Assembly (NCBI GenBank): GCA_016219005.1 | Contig: JACRCN010000054.1 | Coordinates: 17,519 to 81,518, forward strand | Length of the DNA: 64,000 nucleotides | Direction of reading: 5' to 3' | Source: Deltaproteobacteria bacterium | Lineage (GTDB): Bacteria; Desulfobacterota; Desulfobacteria; Desulfobacterales; SpSt-501 | Shown: positions 42,101 through 52,336 of the stretch, in pieces | Position numbering within the stretch: the first letter of the stretch is position 1 | Layout of the letters: each line of letters opens with the position of its first letter | The notes under the pieces: model-generated | Told to the model about the DNA's origin: nothing | The model's input: only the letters and a program-made list of their open reading frames with translations | The model's database searches: none | Translations under genes and position numbers: made by a program

Positions 42101-43393
42101 ATGAACATCATCTTCCTCGGAATCGTTTTGCTCGCCTTCGCCACTGCCGGCTGGCGCCAGTTTTTGGCCGCCCCGGCGACCGGCCAACTCGCGCCCATGG
42201 AGGCACTCTCCAAGGCCATGGTGGACTCCGCCGCCGGTTCGGTGGAACTGGCCTTCGGCCTGGTCGGCGTGATGACGCTCTTTCTAGGGCTCATGAAGGT
42301 CGCCGAGCAGGGCGGCCTGCTGACGGTGATCGCCCGCCTGATCCGGCCCATGATGGCGCGGTTGTTTCCAGAGGTCCCGCCCGAGCACCCGGCGATGGGT
42401 GCTATGATCCTGAATCTGTCGGCCAACGTGCTCGGCCTCGGGAATGCCGCGACCCCTTTCGGTATCCGGGCCATGCAGGAGCTGAACCGACTGAATCCGA
42501 CGCCGGGGACCGCGACCGACGCCATGGCCCTCTTCCTGGCGATCAACACCTCGAGCGTGACCGTCCTGCCCACTGGCGTCATCGCCTTGCGGGCTGCGGC
42601 CGGCTCTGCCGACCCCGCCGGCATCCTTCCGACCACGCTCTTCGCCACGGCATGCTCCACCGCGACCGCCATCATCGCCGTCAAGCTCCTCCGCCGGCTT
42701 GCCCGGAAACCGCTACCCTGCCCGACCGATGCGCCGTCGGCCGACGCGGGGCCGGCCGAACCGCCCGGGGTTCTGCCGGATACGGTCCAGGGCGCCTACC
42801 CGGTGTGGGCGAGCGGGCTGGCGCTGGCCGGCATCCTGACCCTGATTCCCGTGACGGTGGTCTACGGCCGCTCCATCTCGCCGTGGATCCTGCCGGGACT
42901 CATGGCGGCATTTCTCATTTTTGGCCTCTGCCGCCGCGTGCGTGTGTACGAGGCCTTCGTCGACGGCGCCAGGGACGGCTTCCAGGTGGCCGTCAAGATC
43001 ATCCCCTACCTCGTGGCCATCCTGGTGGCGGTGGGCATGCTGCGCGCCAGCGGCGCCATGGATCTCATGGTGGGAGCACTCGGGCCATGGACCGCCCGGG
43101 TGGGCCTTCCGGCGGAGGCCCTGCCCATGGCGCTGATGCGGCCGCTTTCGGGTTCCGGGGCATTTGCCATTCTGGCCTCCGTGATCAACGACCCCGCCAT
43201 CGGCCCGGACAGCTACACGGGTTACCTGGTGTCCACCCTGCAGGGGTGCACCGAAACCACGTTTTATGTGCTCGCCGTCTATTTCGGCGCCGTCCAGGTC
43301 CGGCGCATCCGCTACACCCTGGCAGCCGGGCTGCTGGCCGACCTGGCCGGGGTCGCGGCCAGTGTCACTGCGTGCACGTATCTGTTGCGGTGA
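42101..43393 (+). CDS. Nucleoside-recognition-domain membrane protein (fused SpmA/SpmB-like)
   Basis: LMKVAEQGGLL, NLSANVLGLGNAATPFGIRAM, INTSSVTVLPTGVI. The second half repeats the gate-domain pattern. Confidence 0.7.
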   Translation: MNIIFLGIVLLAFATAGWRQFLAAPATGQLAPMEALSKAMVDSAAGSVELAFGLVGVMTLFLGLMKVAEQGGLLTVIARLIRPMMARLFPEVPPEHPAMGAMILNLSANVLGLGNAATPFGIRAMQELNRLNPTPGTATDAMALFLAINTSSVTVLPTGVIALRAAAGSADPAGILPTTLFATACSTATAIIAVKLLRRLARKPLPCPTDAPSADAGPAEPPGVLPDTVQGAYPVWASGLALAGILTLIPVTVVYGRSISPWILPGLMAAFLIFGLCRRVRVYEAFVDGARDGFQVAVKIIPYLVAILVAVGMLRASGAMDLMVGALGPWTARVGLPAEALPMALMRPLSGSGAFAILASVINDPAIGPDSYTGYLVSTLQGCTETTFYVLAVYFGAVQVRRIRYTLAAGLLADLAGVAASVTACTYLLR

Positions 43394-43475
43394 TGGACAC
43401 AATGGACTCACCCCGACGCGCGGGTTGATCCGCAGGACCGATCGGGTGTATGGTTCGCAGCGGGAGACTGACGAC

Positions 43476-44072
43476 ATGCAACGTTGCAGACGAATTGAAA
43501 TTCTTTTCGGGGCGGCGGTTTTCGGGTTGGCAATTTTCAGCGCGGCTTGGCCGGCCGTGGCGGCCGGGCTGTTCTCGCCAACCGGCGGTAGCGCTTCGAA
43601 CGAACCCACCGAGATCGTCTCCGACCGCCTGGTCAGCAACAACACCGAGAAGGTGGCCGAGTTCACCGGCGCGGTCAAGGCCACGCAGGGGAACTTCTCC
43701 ATCACGACCGACACCCTGCGCATCCACTACGAGGGCGACCTGATCAACCCCCCGAAGGATAAGTCCGCCAAAAGCCAAGTGACGAAAATGGTGGCCACCG
43801 GCCGCGTGCACATCGTGAGCGACCAGTACATCGCCGACTCGGACCGGGCGGAGTACGACCCCGCCACGGACGTCCTGACGCTGATCGGAGAGAACTCCCG
43901 CGTGACCAGCGGCCAGAACTCCATCACGGGCTCCAAGATCATCCTCAACCGGCGCGACGGGAAATCGTTTGCCGAGAGCAACGGCACCTCCCGCGTGAAG
44001 GCGGTGCTGCACCAGGAGCCAAAGGAGGGCGAAGGGTCGAAAACGGACAAGCCGGCGGAGAAAAAGCAGTGA
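43476..44072 (+). CDS. LptA/OstA-family periplasmic protein
   Basis: I start at ATG 43476 (MQRCRRIEILFGAAVFGLAIFSAAWPAVAA signal). OstA-like beta-jellyroll pattern (IVSDRLVSNNTEKVAEFTGAVKATQGNFSITTDTLRIHY...VATGRVHIVSDQYIADSDRAEYD). Confidence 0.6.
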   Translation: MQRCRRIEILFGAAVFGLAIFSAAWPAVAAGLFSPTGGSASNEPTEIVSDRLVSNNTEKVAEFTGAVKATQGNFSITTDTLRIHYEGDLINPPKDKSAKSQVTKMVATGRVHIVSDQYIADSDRAEYDPATDVLTLIGENSRVTSGQNSITGSKIILNRRDGKSFAESNGTSRVKAVLHQEPKEGEGSKTDKPAEKKQ

Positions 44073-44082
44073 GTTGCAGGCT

Positions 44083-44358
44083 TTAAAGTGTCCGGCTGAG
44101 GCGGCGCAGCTGCCGCAGGCGCTTGTACTTGAAAAGCAGATCGATCCACTCTTGAAAAAGCGGGACGAGTTCCGCCGCGGTTTTCGGCGAACTCTCCCGG
44201 ACTCGGCGCTCGGCTTCGGCCAGCGCCTCCGCCACATCCTCCCGCCCGGGTTGGGTCTGCAGCAGGCGGCGGCAAATCTCGGCCGCCCGTTGCCAGTGCC
44301 CCTGCTCGGAGAGAAGCCTCGCCATCGTCAGCGTGTCGTGCTGCCGTTCGTCCGTCAT
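44083..44358 (-). CDS. Small hypothetical protein with a TPR-like helix pair
   Basis: 91 aa; ARLLSEQGHWQRAAEICRRLLQTQPG is TPR-like. Same strand as murJ-ftsB and immediately downstream of them. Confidence 0.45.
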   Translation of the reverse strand: MTDERQHDTLTMARLLSEQGHWQRAAEICRRLLQTQPGREDVAEALAEAERRVRESSPKTAAELVPLFQEWIDLLFKYKRLRQLRRLSRTL

Positions 44359-44371
44359 CGCGCGTGTCCCC

Positions 44372-44665
44372 TCAGCGGTCGGAGGCGCGTTGCGGCTTCA
44401 CCACTATCTCGTTCTGCCCGATCATCCCGAACTCCTTGCGCGCCACGCTCTCGATGTAGTGGGGGTCGTTCTTCAGCCGGTCGATCTCAACGCCGAGCCT
44501 GAGATTCTCCTGGGTGAGCTGCTGGTTGTGCTCCTTGATGCGGTCCCGCTCTTTTTTCGACAGGCTGAGCTCGGCGAGCCCCCGTTCGCTGAAAACGATG
44601 AAAAACAGCAGTGCGATCAGAAGCAGCACCGCCGCGCCGAGCAGCATGCCTTGTTTCTGGCTCAT
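44372..44665 (-). CDS. ftsB: Septum formation initiator (FtsB/DivIC family)
   Basis: One TM helix (LLGAAVLLLIALLFFIVF), then a coiled coil (RIKEHNQQLTQENLRLGVEIDRLKNDPHYIESVARKEFGM). ATG 44665 overlaps the murJ stop as ATGA. Confidence 0.75.
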   Translation of the reverse strand: MSQKQGMLLGAAVLLLIALLFFIVFSERGLAELSLSKKERDRIKEHNQQLTQENLRLGVEIDRLKNDPHYIESVARKEFGMIGQNEIVVKPQRASDR

Positions 44666-46266
44666 CGTGCGCGCAGACTCCTTTTGACCAAGCCGCAAAT
44701 TCCGGCGAGCTCAGGGCTTCTCAGGGCGAGTGCCGACCCGGCATAGATCAGTACCCCGGCGGCCATGCACACGACCAATCCGACGGCCGTGGCAGGCCGG
44801 TTGCCCATCACCGTCCGCGCCGTGAACTCGACCCCAGCGGCCATGACCAGGCTGCTCACCAGGGAGCGGCCGAACGAGGCCCCGATCGCGCGCCCGTCGA
44901 CGCCGGCCAGCTTTTTGCGCAGCGCCAGGAAGAGCAGCGCCAGATTGAGAAACGATGCCAGCGAGGCGGCCAGGGCGATCCCGCCGTGGGCCAGCGGGCG
45001 CATGAGCACGACACCGAGAACCACGTTGGCCAGGATGGACACGGCCGCCACCCGGATCGGGGTACGCGAATCCTGCAGTGCGAAAAACGCCGCCACCACG
45101 ATGCGCACAGCCGAAAATGCCCACAGGCCTAAAGCATAGTATGAAAGCGCCTGGGACGTCAACCGGGCCGATTCCGCCCCGAACTCCCCCCGCTGAAACA
45201 GTACCGCCACCACCGGCTCTCCCAGCAGGATCAACCCGGCCATCGCCGGCAGCGTGAGGAAAGAGACCATCCGAAACGCATACCCGAAGGTGGACCGCAG
45301 GGCCTCCGCGTCGCCCGCCGCCGCCTCGCGCGCCAGGCTCGGCAGCACCGCCGTCGCGCCGGCCATCGCGACGACCCCCAGGGGAAACTCCAGGAGCCGC
45401 TCCGCGTAGTAGAGATAGCTCACGCTGCCTTCCGGCAGAAACGATGCGAGCAGGGTTCCGACCAGCACGTTAATCTGGTACACGGCGCCGCCGAGCACGG
45501 CCGGGACCATCAGGCGGGCAACCCGCTTCAGCGCCGGGTGGAAAGCCCGGGCCCGGCGCCAGACCTGCAGGCGGTGACGGGCGAGAAAAGGCAACTGCAG
45601 GGCCAGCTGTCCCGCTCCGCCGACCAGCACGGCGAGGGCCAGGCCGTATTCGGGCCTTCCCGCGATCGGCGCGGCGGCCAGCATGGAAACGATCATGGCG
45701 ATGTTGAGCAACGCCGGCGCCAGAGCCGGCGCGGCGAAGTTGCCGAAAACGTTGAGGGTGCCCATGCAAAGCGCAGCCATCCCGGCGGCGAACAGGTAGG
45801 GGAACATGATGCGGGCCAGGGAGACGGTCAGTTCGAGCTTTGGCCCGGCAAATCCGGGGGTCATCAGCCGCAAGATCCAGGGGCAGGCCGCCATCCCCGC
45901 CAGACACAGGACGATCAGCAGGCCGGCCAGCAAGCGCGCGGCCGCAGCCGCCAGCGACCGGGCCTCGGAGTGGCCGCTTTTCCACAGCGTCTCGGTGAGG
46001 ACCGGCACGAAGGCCGAGCTCAAGGTCCCCTCCCCGAACAGCCGCCGGAAGAGGTTGGGAATCCTGAAAGCGGCCAGAAAGGCATCCGAGCCGAACCCGG
46101 TGCCAAAGTACCAGGCGATCATGGCGTCGCGCACAAAGCCCAGCAGTCGGCTCAAAAGGGTCGCCAGGGCCACGGTGACGGCTGCCCGGGTCAGGCGGAT
46201 GTTTTCAGCCGCCCCGCCGGGCGGAGGGCATGTCGTTGCAGGATGCCTGTGGGGTGGCCGTTCCAA
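44662..46266 (-). CDS. murJ: Lipid II flippase MurJ (MviN)
   Basis: TLLSRLLGFVRDAMIAWYFGTG, AFRIPNLFRRLFGEG, about 14 hydrophobic helices. The exact start is uncertain; the ORF-track start is a TTG. Confidence 0.85.
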   Translation of the reverse strand: MERPPHRHPATTCPPPGGAAENIRLTRAAVTVALATLLSRLLGFVRDAMIAWYFGTGFGSDAFLAAFRIPNLFRRLFGEGTLSSAFVPVLTETLWKSGHSEARSLAAAAARLLAGLLIVLCLAGMAACPWILRLMTPGFAGPKLELTVSLARIMFPYLFAAGMAALCMGTLNVFGNFAAPALAPALLNIAMIVSMLAAAPIAGRPEYGLALAVLVGGAGQLALQLPFLARHRLQVWRRARAFHPALKRVARLMVPAVLGGAVYQINVLVGTLLASFLPEGSVSYLYYAERLLEFPLGVVAMAGATAVLPSLAREAAAGDAEALRSTFGYAFRMVSFLTLPAMAGLILLGEPVVAVLFQRGEFGAESARLTSQALSYYALGLWAFSAVRIVVAAFFALQDSRTPIRVAAVSILANVVLGVVLMRPLAHGGIALAASLASFLNLALLFLALRKKLAGVDGRAIGASFGRSLVSSLVMAAGVEFTARTVMGNRPATAVGLVVCMAAGVLIYAGSALALRSPELAGICGLVKRSLRAR

Positions 46267-46276
46267 CAGAAATATC

Positions 46277-46305
46277 TTGACAGGTCAGGTTGAATTTATT
46301 AATAA
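46277..46305 (+). promoter_or_regulatory. Candidate sigma70 promoter of rpsT (TTGACA-N17-TAATAA)
   Basis: TTGACA at 46277..46282, a 17-nt spacer, then TAATAA at 46300..46305, about 40 nt upstream of the rpsT start. Confidence 0.55.
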
Positions 46306-46342
46306 AACTGATTCATCAAAAAAACGGAAAGGAGTCATCAGC

Positions 46343-46606
46343 TTGGCCAATCACAAATCCGCAATCAAACGCGCGCGCCAGAGCGAAGATCGGCGCCTGC
46401 GCAACCGCATGACCAAGACACAGGTCAAGAACATCGTCAAGAGCGTGCGCCTGGCGGCGGACGAGAAGTCGCCCGAGACGGCCGCCACACTGAAACACGC
46501 CCAATCCATCATCGACAAGGCCGCCAAGAAGGGCACGCTTCACAAGCGCACCGCCGCCCGCAAGATCTCGCGCTTGTCCAAACTGGTGAAAGCCCAGGGT
46601 TCCTGA
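46343..46606 (+). CDS. rpsT: 30S ribosomal protein S20
   Basis: TTG start preceded by AAAGGAG. (M)ANHKSAIKRARQSEDRRLRNR...HKRTAARKISRLSKLV is typical S20. Confidence 0.9.
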   Translation: MANHKSAIKRARQSEDRRLRNRMTKTQVKNIVKSVRLAADEKSPETAATLKHAQSIIDKAAKKGTLHKRTAARKISRLSKLVKAQGS

Positions 46607-46633
46607 TTCGAACCGACAGGTGGCTTGCAGTCT

Positions 46634-46686
46634 TGGATCCCCGGTGAACCGGGAGCCACCCGGTCCATGGGGGATCCATTTATTCC
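46634..46686. terminator. Hairpin terminator between convergent rpsT and lptE
   Basis: The 9-bp outer stem tggatcccc / ggggatcca has an inner GC-rich hairpin and is followed by tttatt. Confidence 0.55.
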
Positions 46687-46696
46687 ATGCGGCAAT

Positions 46697-47281
46697 TCAG
46701 AAATTGTCGATGAGACGGTCGTACACCCGCTCGGCAATTCGCGTGGATACCGTACCGAGAGCCGCTCTTTGTCGTTCGTCGGTCAGGAATTTGTCGTTCG
46801 ATACGGGAAAGGCCTCTTGGCCGGATAGATTTTTCGCCGCCCATTTCACCTTGCCGTCCGCGGCCACCAGCTGGACATCGATTCGCATCGTCACTTGCCG
46901 CTCGCCGGCCACATCCCTTCCGCGTGTGGAAATGGTCTGAAGCTCCACGGACCGGATCACACCCTTCATGACGACGCTCGCATCCGCGGCATTATGCGTC
47001 AGTGCGGCTTCGTTGCGCTTGACGAATTCAAAGACAATGGCGTTGGTCACCGTCGTTTCCAGCCCGGCTTGGTTGGTGCGGTTCTCGAAAACCTCAATGA
47101 AGATGGGCGCAAGTCCCTCGGGAATTACCCCGGCCGTCTGAAAATGGTATCCGCATGCGACCATGGCCCAGATGCCGACCGGGATCAGCGCGAACCGTGT
47201 GATGGAGGTGAGCACGCGCGGCATCGAATTCCTCATTGAAAAGGCCCCCCTTGCTTCGCGCGGATTCGTCCGGCCGTTCAT
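46697..47281 (-). CDS. lptE: LPS-assembly lipoprotein LptE-like
   Basis: Lipobox-like IWAMVAC. The position immediately downstream of leuS is the conserved leuS-lptE arrangement. ATG 47281 overlaps the leuS stop (ATGA). An alternative start at 47236 gives a more typical signal peptide. Confidence 0.6.
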   Translation of the reverse strand: MNGRTNPREARGAFSMRNSMPRVLTSITRFALIPVGIWAMVACGYHFQTAGVIPEGLAPIFIEVFENRTNQAGLETTVTNAIVFEFVKRNEAALTHNAADASVVMKGVIRSVELQTISTRGRDVAGERQVTMRIDVQLVAADGKVKWAAKNLSGQEAFPVSNDKFLTDERQRAALGTVSTRIAERVYDRLIDNF

Positions 47282-49905
47282 ATCACGATGTTCACCAGCT
47301 TGTTTTTCACCACAACGACCTTCTTGACGGGCTTGCCCTGGATGAACTTCCGGACGTTTTCATCCGCCAGGGCCTGGGCTTTCAGCGCCTCGTCGGCGGC
47401 GTCGACCTCAACGGTCATGCGGGCGCGCAGTTTGCCGTTGACCTGGATCACGACCAGGGCTGTCGCCTGCTCAAGCGCCTCTTCGCGCCATTGCGGCCAC
47501 CGGGCAAGCAGGATGCTCTCGGGGCGGCCCAACGCAGCCCACAGCTCCTCGGCGATGTGCGGTACGATCGGTGAAAGCAGCAGCGTCAGCGACTCGAAGG
47601 CCAGGCGCATCACGCCGGCCTGCTCCGGGTGACGGGCTTCCCTGCCCACCAGCGCCATCTCGTTGAACAGCTCCATAATGGCGCTGATGGCCGTATTAAA
47701 GTGAAACCGCTCCTCGATGTCCCGCGTGACCTTGCGGATGGTCTGGTGCGTCTTGCGAAAAACCGCTTGGAGCGCCCCGTCCAAGGAATTGATCCCCCCA
47801 TCGTAGGCCGGCACGCCCTGCATGGTTTCCATCCAGTCGGCCGCCAGGCGCCAGATCCGGTTCAGGAAACGGTACCCGCCGTCGACCCCCTGATCGCTCC
47901 ACTCGAGGTCCTTCTCGGGGGGGGCTGCGAACAGGCAGAACAACCGGGTGGTGTCGGCACCGTAGCGATCGAGCAGCGTGTTGGGGTCGATCACATTCTT
48001 CTTGGACTTGGACATTTTCTCCACCCGGCCCAGCACCACCGGTTTTCCGCACACACTGCAGGTCCTGGCCCCGTCCCCGGCGCCGACATCGGTCGGAAAG
48101 AGGAAACCGTGCTCCGGGCAGCAGACCGTCTCCTTGCAGACCATCCCCTGGGTCAGCAGCCGCGTGAACGGCTCCGGGTAGGTCACCAGGCCCTCGTCCT
48201 TGAGCACGCGGGTGTAGAAACGCGAATAGAGCAGGTGCAGAATGGCGTGCTCGACTCCCCCGATGTACTGGTCGACCGGCATCCAGTAATCCACGGCGGC
48301 CTGCGCGAACATGCCCGTGTCGCAGCGCGGGCTGCAGAAGCGCTCGAAATACCAGGAAGACTCGACAAAGGTGTCCATCGTGTCGGTCTCGCGGCGCGCC
48401 TCGCCGCCGCAGTTTGGGCAGGGCACCCGCACGAACTTTTCCAGCTCGGGCAGCGGCGAGCGGCCGCCCTCGAGCAGATCTGCGTCCTCCGGCAGGACCA
48501 CCGGCAGGTCCTGCTCCGGCACCGGTACGATGCCGCAGCGGCCGCAGTGGATCATCGGGATGGGCGCCCCCCAGTAGCGCTGCCGGGAGATGCCCCAGTC
48601 CCGCAGCCTAAAGCTCACCGCACGTTTGCCGTGGCCTTGCGTTTCCAGATGGTCGGCGATCTCCTCTTTGGCCTGGACGTTCGGCAGGCCGTCGAAGCGG
48701 CCGGAGTTCGTCATCGTCCCCGTGCCGGTGTAAGCCTCGGTCATGGCGGCGGGGTTCAGGCCGCCCTCCGGCGACTGGACCACCACGATGATCTCCAGCC
48801 CGTATTTCTTCGCAAACTCGAAATCGCGCTGATCGTGGGCCGGCACCGACATGACGGCCCCCGTGCCGTAGGCCATCAGCGCAAAATTGGCGGTGTAGAT
48901 GGGCATCCGGCGTCCATTCAAGGGATTGAGGCAGAAGGCGCCGGTGAAAACGCCCTCCTTTTCGTAACTCTCCAGGGCCTTGTCGGAGCGGTCCTGGCGG
49001 GAGGTCCGCTCTACAAATGCCAGGACCTCGGCCGCCTGGGGTTTGCCCTGGCACAGCTGCGGCACCAGGGGGTGCTCCGGCGCCAAGCACATGAAGGTCG
49101 CCCCGCACACGGTGTCCTGACGCGTGGTGAAGACCGGGATGAACCCCTGCCCGTCCTCGAGCGGGAAACGGATCTCCGCGCCAGCGCTGCGGCCGATCCA
49201 GTTCTTCTGCATGGTGATGACTTTTTCGGGCCACCCGGGCAGCCGGTCGCAGTATACCAGCAGGTCCTCGGCGTAACGCGTGATCCGGAAAAACCACTGC
49301 GAGAGCTTTTTCTGGCGCACCGGCTTGCCGCAGCGCCAGCAGGCCCCAGCCTCCACCTGCTCGTTGGCGAGCACCGTCTGGCAGGGGTCGCACCAGTTGA
49401 CGTAGGACTCCTTGCGGAAGGCCAGGCCCTTTGCGTACATCTTCAGGAACAGCCACTGTTCCCAGCGGTAGTACTCCGGCCGGCAGGTGGCGATCTCCCG
49501 CTCCCAATCGTAGCTGAAGCCCAGGCGTTTGAGCTGGGAGCGCATGTTGGCGATGTTGGCGTACGTCCACGTCGCGGGGTGGGTCCGGTTGGCGATGGCG
49601 GCGTTCTCAGCCGGCATGCCGAAGGCGTCCCATCCCATGGGGTGCAGCACATTGAACCCGCACATGCGCTTATAGCGTGCCACCACGTCGCCGATGGTGT
49701 AGTTGCGCACGTGGCCCATGTGGATGTTACCGGAGGGGTAGGGGAACATTTCCAGCAGGTAATACTTGGGGCGGCTTGCGTCCTCGGTGACCCTGAACAG
49801 GTTCTCGGCCTGCCACCGGACCTGCCACTTACGCTCGACCACCTGCGGCTCGTACCTTTCGTCCATACGCGGCGTCGTTTCCCTTCGATAAGTGATGGTG
49901 GTCAA
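47278..49905 (-). CDS. leuS: Leucyl-tRNA synthetase
   Basis: [15 protein letters not shown] (HIGH-type motif), [14 protein letters not shown] (KMSKS motif), and a CP1 editing domain region. Confidence 0.95.
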   Translation of the reverse strand: MTTITYRRETTPRMDERYEPQVVERKWQVRWQAENLFRVTEDASRPKYYLLEMFPYPSGNIHMGHVRNYTIGDVVARYKRMCGFNVLHPMGWDAFGMPAENAAIANRTHPATWTYANIANMRSQLKRLGFSYDWEREIATCRPEYYRWEQWLFLKMYAKGLAFRKESYVNWCDPCQTVLANEQVEAGACWRCGKPVRQKKLSQWFFRITRYAEDLLVYCDRLPGWPEKVITMQKNWIGRSAGAEIRFPLEDGQGFIPVFTTRQDTVCGATFMCLAPEHPLVPQLCQGKPQAAEVLAFVERTSRQDRSDKALESYEKEGVFTGAFCLNPLNGRRMPIYTANFALMAYGTGAVMSVPAHDQRDFEFAKKYGLEIIVVVQSPEGGLNPAAMTEAYTGTGTMTNSGRFDGLPNVQAKEEIADHLETQGHGKRAVSFRLRDWGISRQRYWGAPIPMIHCGRCGIVPVPEQDLPVVLPEDADLLEGGRSPLPELEKFVRVPCPNCGGEARRETDTMDTFVESSWYFERFCSPRCDTGMFAQAAVDYWMPVDQYIGGVEHAILHLLYSRFYTRVLKDEGLVTYPEPFTRLLTQGMVCKETVCCPEHGFLFPTDVGAGDGARTCSVCGKPVVLGRVEKMSKSKKNVIDPNTLLDRYGADTTRLFCLFAAPPEKDLEWSDQGVDGGYRFLNRIWRLAADWMETMQGVPAYDGGINSLDGALQAVFRKTHQTIRKVTRDIEERFHFNTAISAIMELFNEMALVGREARHPEQAGVMRLAFESLTLLLSPIVPHIAEELWAALGRPESILLARWPQWREEALEQATALVVIQVNGKLRARMTVEVDAADEALKAQALADENVRKFIQGKPVKKVVVVKNKLVNIVI

Positions 49906-50115
49906 TCCATGGACCGGTTGCGCGCCCGCCCGGCAGACGGACTACCGTGTCGCCATATTCTTTATACCATGATTGATAAAAAATCTTTATTGCCATAATA
50001 TGACACAAAGTGCAAGTTATGCGGGAGGCCGCTCCGGAGCCCGCGTCGCCGTCGGGCCCGTGGCGGCAGGCCGCGACCGCTTGCCTCAGCGCCCGGCCGG
50101 CGGGGGAAAAATCGA

Positions 50116-50144
50116 TTGACTTGTGCGCGGCAATCTCATATGGA
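50116..50144 (+). promoter_or_regulatory. Candidate sigma70 promoter of rng (TTGACT-N17-TATGGA)
   Basis: The hexamers are separated by 17 nt, leaving a 5' UTR of about 130 nt before ATG 50279. Confidence 0.4.
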
Positions 50145-50242
50145 AGCAGGACTTTCATTTCAGGAACAGCCCGAATTGATTCACCCTTTTATAAAAAAAT
50201 ACGCCTTCGCCGGACACCTATGGATTTTCTCGCATTTCTCGA

Positions 50243-50264
50243 GTGGGACAATAGTGGGACAATA
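50243..50264 (+). repeat. Tandem 11-mer GTGGGACAATA x2 abutting the rng Shine-Dalgarno
   Basis: gtgggacaata gtgggacaata is followed directly by gaggaa (the SD) and ATG 50279. Confidence 0.8.
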
Positions 50265-50278
50265 GAGGAACATCATTT

Positions 50279-51742
50279 ATGAACACCAAAATCCTGATCA
50301 ACGCCAGCGATCCGGGGGAATGCCGTGTGGCCACGGTCAAAGACGGCCGGCTGGAAGATTTCCGGATCGAAAGCGCGGCGCGGGAGATCACCCAAGGCAA
50401 CATCTACAAGGGAATCATCACCCGCGTCGAGCCCAGCCTTCAGGCCGTTTTCGTCGACTACGGGGCCGATCGGCACGGCTTCCTGCAGAAACATGACATC
50501 CACCCCGACTACTACCACGAGGACGATGCGGGCAGCGCCCCCTTGCAGCGGCTGGTCAAACGCGGCCAGGAGCTTCTGGTCCAGGTCGCCAAGGATCCGA
50601 TCATGAACAAAGGCGCCATGCTTACCACCCTGATCTCCCTGCCGGGGCGGCACGTGGTGCTGATGCCGGGACACTCCGTCAAGGGGGTCTCGCGCAAGAT
50701 CGAGGACGAACCCGAGCGCCTGCGTCTGAAGGGCGTCGTCGGCGAGCTCGAGATTCCCGAAGGCTATGGTGTCATCGTGCGCACGGCGGGCCTGGGCTGC
50801 TCGAAGACCATGATCTCCAAGGATCTGAAAGATCTCATGCGGCTGTGGAAGACCATCAGGGGCAAGGTGATGCAGGAGAAATCCCCGGCCCTCCTGTACA
50901 AGGAGCGAACCCTTGTGCTGCGCTCCATCCGCGACTCATTGACGCCGGAAGTCTCCGAGATCCTCATCGACGAGCCCAACACGTTCAACGAAGTTCAGGA
51001 ACTTCTGAACATTTTCTCGAGCAAGCAGGGGCAGACCGTGAGGCTCTACCAGGGTGAAAAACCCCTGTTCTCGAAGTTCCAGCTCGAGGAGCAGATCGGC
51101 TCCATTTTCGAAAACCGCGTGCGCCTGAAATCCGGCGCCTCGATCGTGATTGAACCGACCGAGGCATTGGTGACCATCGACGTCAACTCCGGCAAAGCGA
51201 CCCACGAAAAATCCGTGGAGCAGACCGCCTTCCAGACCAACCTGGAGGCCGCCGAGGAGGTCGCCCGGCAGTTGCGCCTGCGCGATTTAGGAGGTCTCAT
51301 CGTCATCGACTTTATCGACATGAAAGATGCCAAACATCGCGCCGAGGTCGAGCGCGAACTGAAGAACCACCTGAAGCAGGACAAGGCCCGCACCAAGGTG
51401 GGTCGAATCTCCAAGTTCGGTCTTTTAGAGATGTCCCGGCAACGCATCCACCCCTCGATCGAGTTCGGCAGCCACATCGTATGCCGGCAGTGCCAGGGCA
51501 AGGGCCTGATCCCCTCCACCGAAACCCTGGGGATCGGCTTTCTGCGAAAACTCGGCATGGAGGCGCTTAAAAACGACGTCACGCGAGTCAAGTGCGTCGT
51601 GCCCACGGCCGTTGCGGAATTCCTTCTCAACAAGAAGCGCCGGGACATCGTGGAGTTCGAAACCCGCCGCAACATCGCGATCGAGATCGAGGGTGACGAC
51701 GGCCTGGTGCCCGGCGAAAGCCGCATCGTCTGCAGCCCCTGA
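50279..51742 (+). CDS. rng: Ribonuclease G / E-family endoribonuclease
   Basis: S1 domain GNIYKGIITRVEPSLQAVFVDYG. Catalytic region TIDVNSGK and GGLIVIDFIDM. 487 aa, lacking an RNase E scaffold tail. Confidence 0.85.
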   Translation: MNTKILINASDPGECRVATVKDGRLEDFRIESAAREITQGNIYKGIITRVEPSLQAVFVDYGADRHGFLQKHDIHPDYYHEDDAGSAPLQRLVKRGQELLVQVAKDPIMNKGAMLTTLISLPGRHVVLMPGHSVKGVSRKIEDEPERLRLKGVVGELEIPEGYGVIVRTAGLGCSKTMISKDLKDLMRLWKTIRGKVMQEKSPALLYKERTLVLRSIRDSLTPEVSEILIDEPNTFNEVQELLNIFSSKQGQTVRLYQGEKPLFSKFQLEEQIGSIFENRVRLKSGASIVIEPTEALVTIDVNSGKATHEKSVEQTAFQTNLEAAEEVARQLRLRDLGGLIVIDFIDMKDAKHRAEVERELKNHLKQDKARTKVGRISKFGLLEMSRQRIHPSIEFGSHIVCRQCQGKGLIPSTETLGIGFLRKLGMEALKNDVTRVKCVVPTAVAEFLLNKKRRDIVEFETRRNIAIEIEGDDGLVPGESRIVCSP

Positions 51743-51806
51743 GCGGCTCCGGGGCGAGCCTGCCGGCGCGTTCCTGCTCCGGCACTCACGCGGTTTCAAT
51801 TAGGAT

Positions 51807-51835
51807 TTGACGAGGGCGCGGATTTCAAGTATACC
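51807..51835 (+). promoter_or_regulatory. Candidate sigma70 promoter of yajC-secDF (TTGACG-N17-TATACC)
   Basis: Hexamers at 51807..51812 and 51830..51835, separated by a 17-nt spacer. Confidence 0.4.
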
Positions 51836-51870
51836 AGCGCCACTTCACCATCTATTAAGGAGGTTACCTC

Positions 51871-52215
51871 TTGGTCAGTATCGCTTACGCTATGGGACAG
51901 GGTGGCGCCCCGGAAGGCGGCGCCGCAGGGTATGCCAGTTTCATCCCGCTGGTTCTGATGTTCGTGATCTTCTACTTTTTGCTCATCCGCCCCCAGCAGA
52001 AACGCAGCAAAGAGCACCGCACCTTGATCGCCAATCTGAAGAAGGGTGACCGCATCATCACCAGCGGCGGCCTGCACGGGCGCGTCACCGGAATGGACGA
52101 AACCACCCTCACGGTGGAAATCGCCGACAAAGTCCGGGTGAAGATCAACCGCGCCAATGTGGCGGGTGTCATCGCTGGGGCTACCCCAGCCCCCGCCGAA
52201 ACCAAGACGGAATAA
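51871..52215 (+). CDS. yajC: Preprotein translocase subunit YajC
   Basis: TTG start 7 nt after AAGGAGG. FIPLVLMFVIFYFLLIRPQQKRSKEH...GDRIITSGGLHGRV. Confidence 0.85.
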   Translation: MVSIAYAMGQGGAPEGGAAGYASFIPLVLMFVIFYFLLIRPQQKRSKEHRTLIANLKKGDRIITSGGLHGRVTGMDETTLTVEIADKVRVKINRANVAGVIAGATPAPAETKTE

Positions 52216-52234
52216 TTCCGGTTTTCCCGCGTTC

Positions 52235-52265
52235 GGCCGCGCCGCCCTGCAGGGCCGGCGCGGCC
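52235..52265 (+). other. GC-rich intercistronic hairpin between yajC and secD
   Basis: ggccgcgccg / cggcgcggcc is a 10-bp stem with an inner ccctgcaggg palindrome. There is no U-tract. Confidence 0.5.
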
Positions 52266-52336
52266 GCGGTCTATCGTTGTGGCTTTACGCGCGGGGCTGC
52301 CGTTCATTCCGTGATGAAACTTATAAGGATGAAGCC

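Noticed and set aside
47629-49998. 789-aa plus-strand ORF opposite leuS. Similar long shadow ORFs lie opposite other strongly supported genes: 56081..58117 (topA), 62139..63797 (cimA), 13122..14498 (larA-like), 17929..19359 and 16951..17919 (MDR-ECH fusion), 35164..36357 (sucC-like/PrpD) and 7563..8642 (hydrolase). 59067..60953 lies on the same strand as ilvB/ilvN but in another frame.
   Set aside because: Each overlaps a strongly supported gene, on the opposite strand or in another frame. All have low-complexity Arg/Gly/Pro/His-rich translations without motifs, which is the expected artefact of high GC content.
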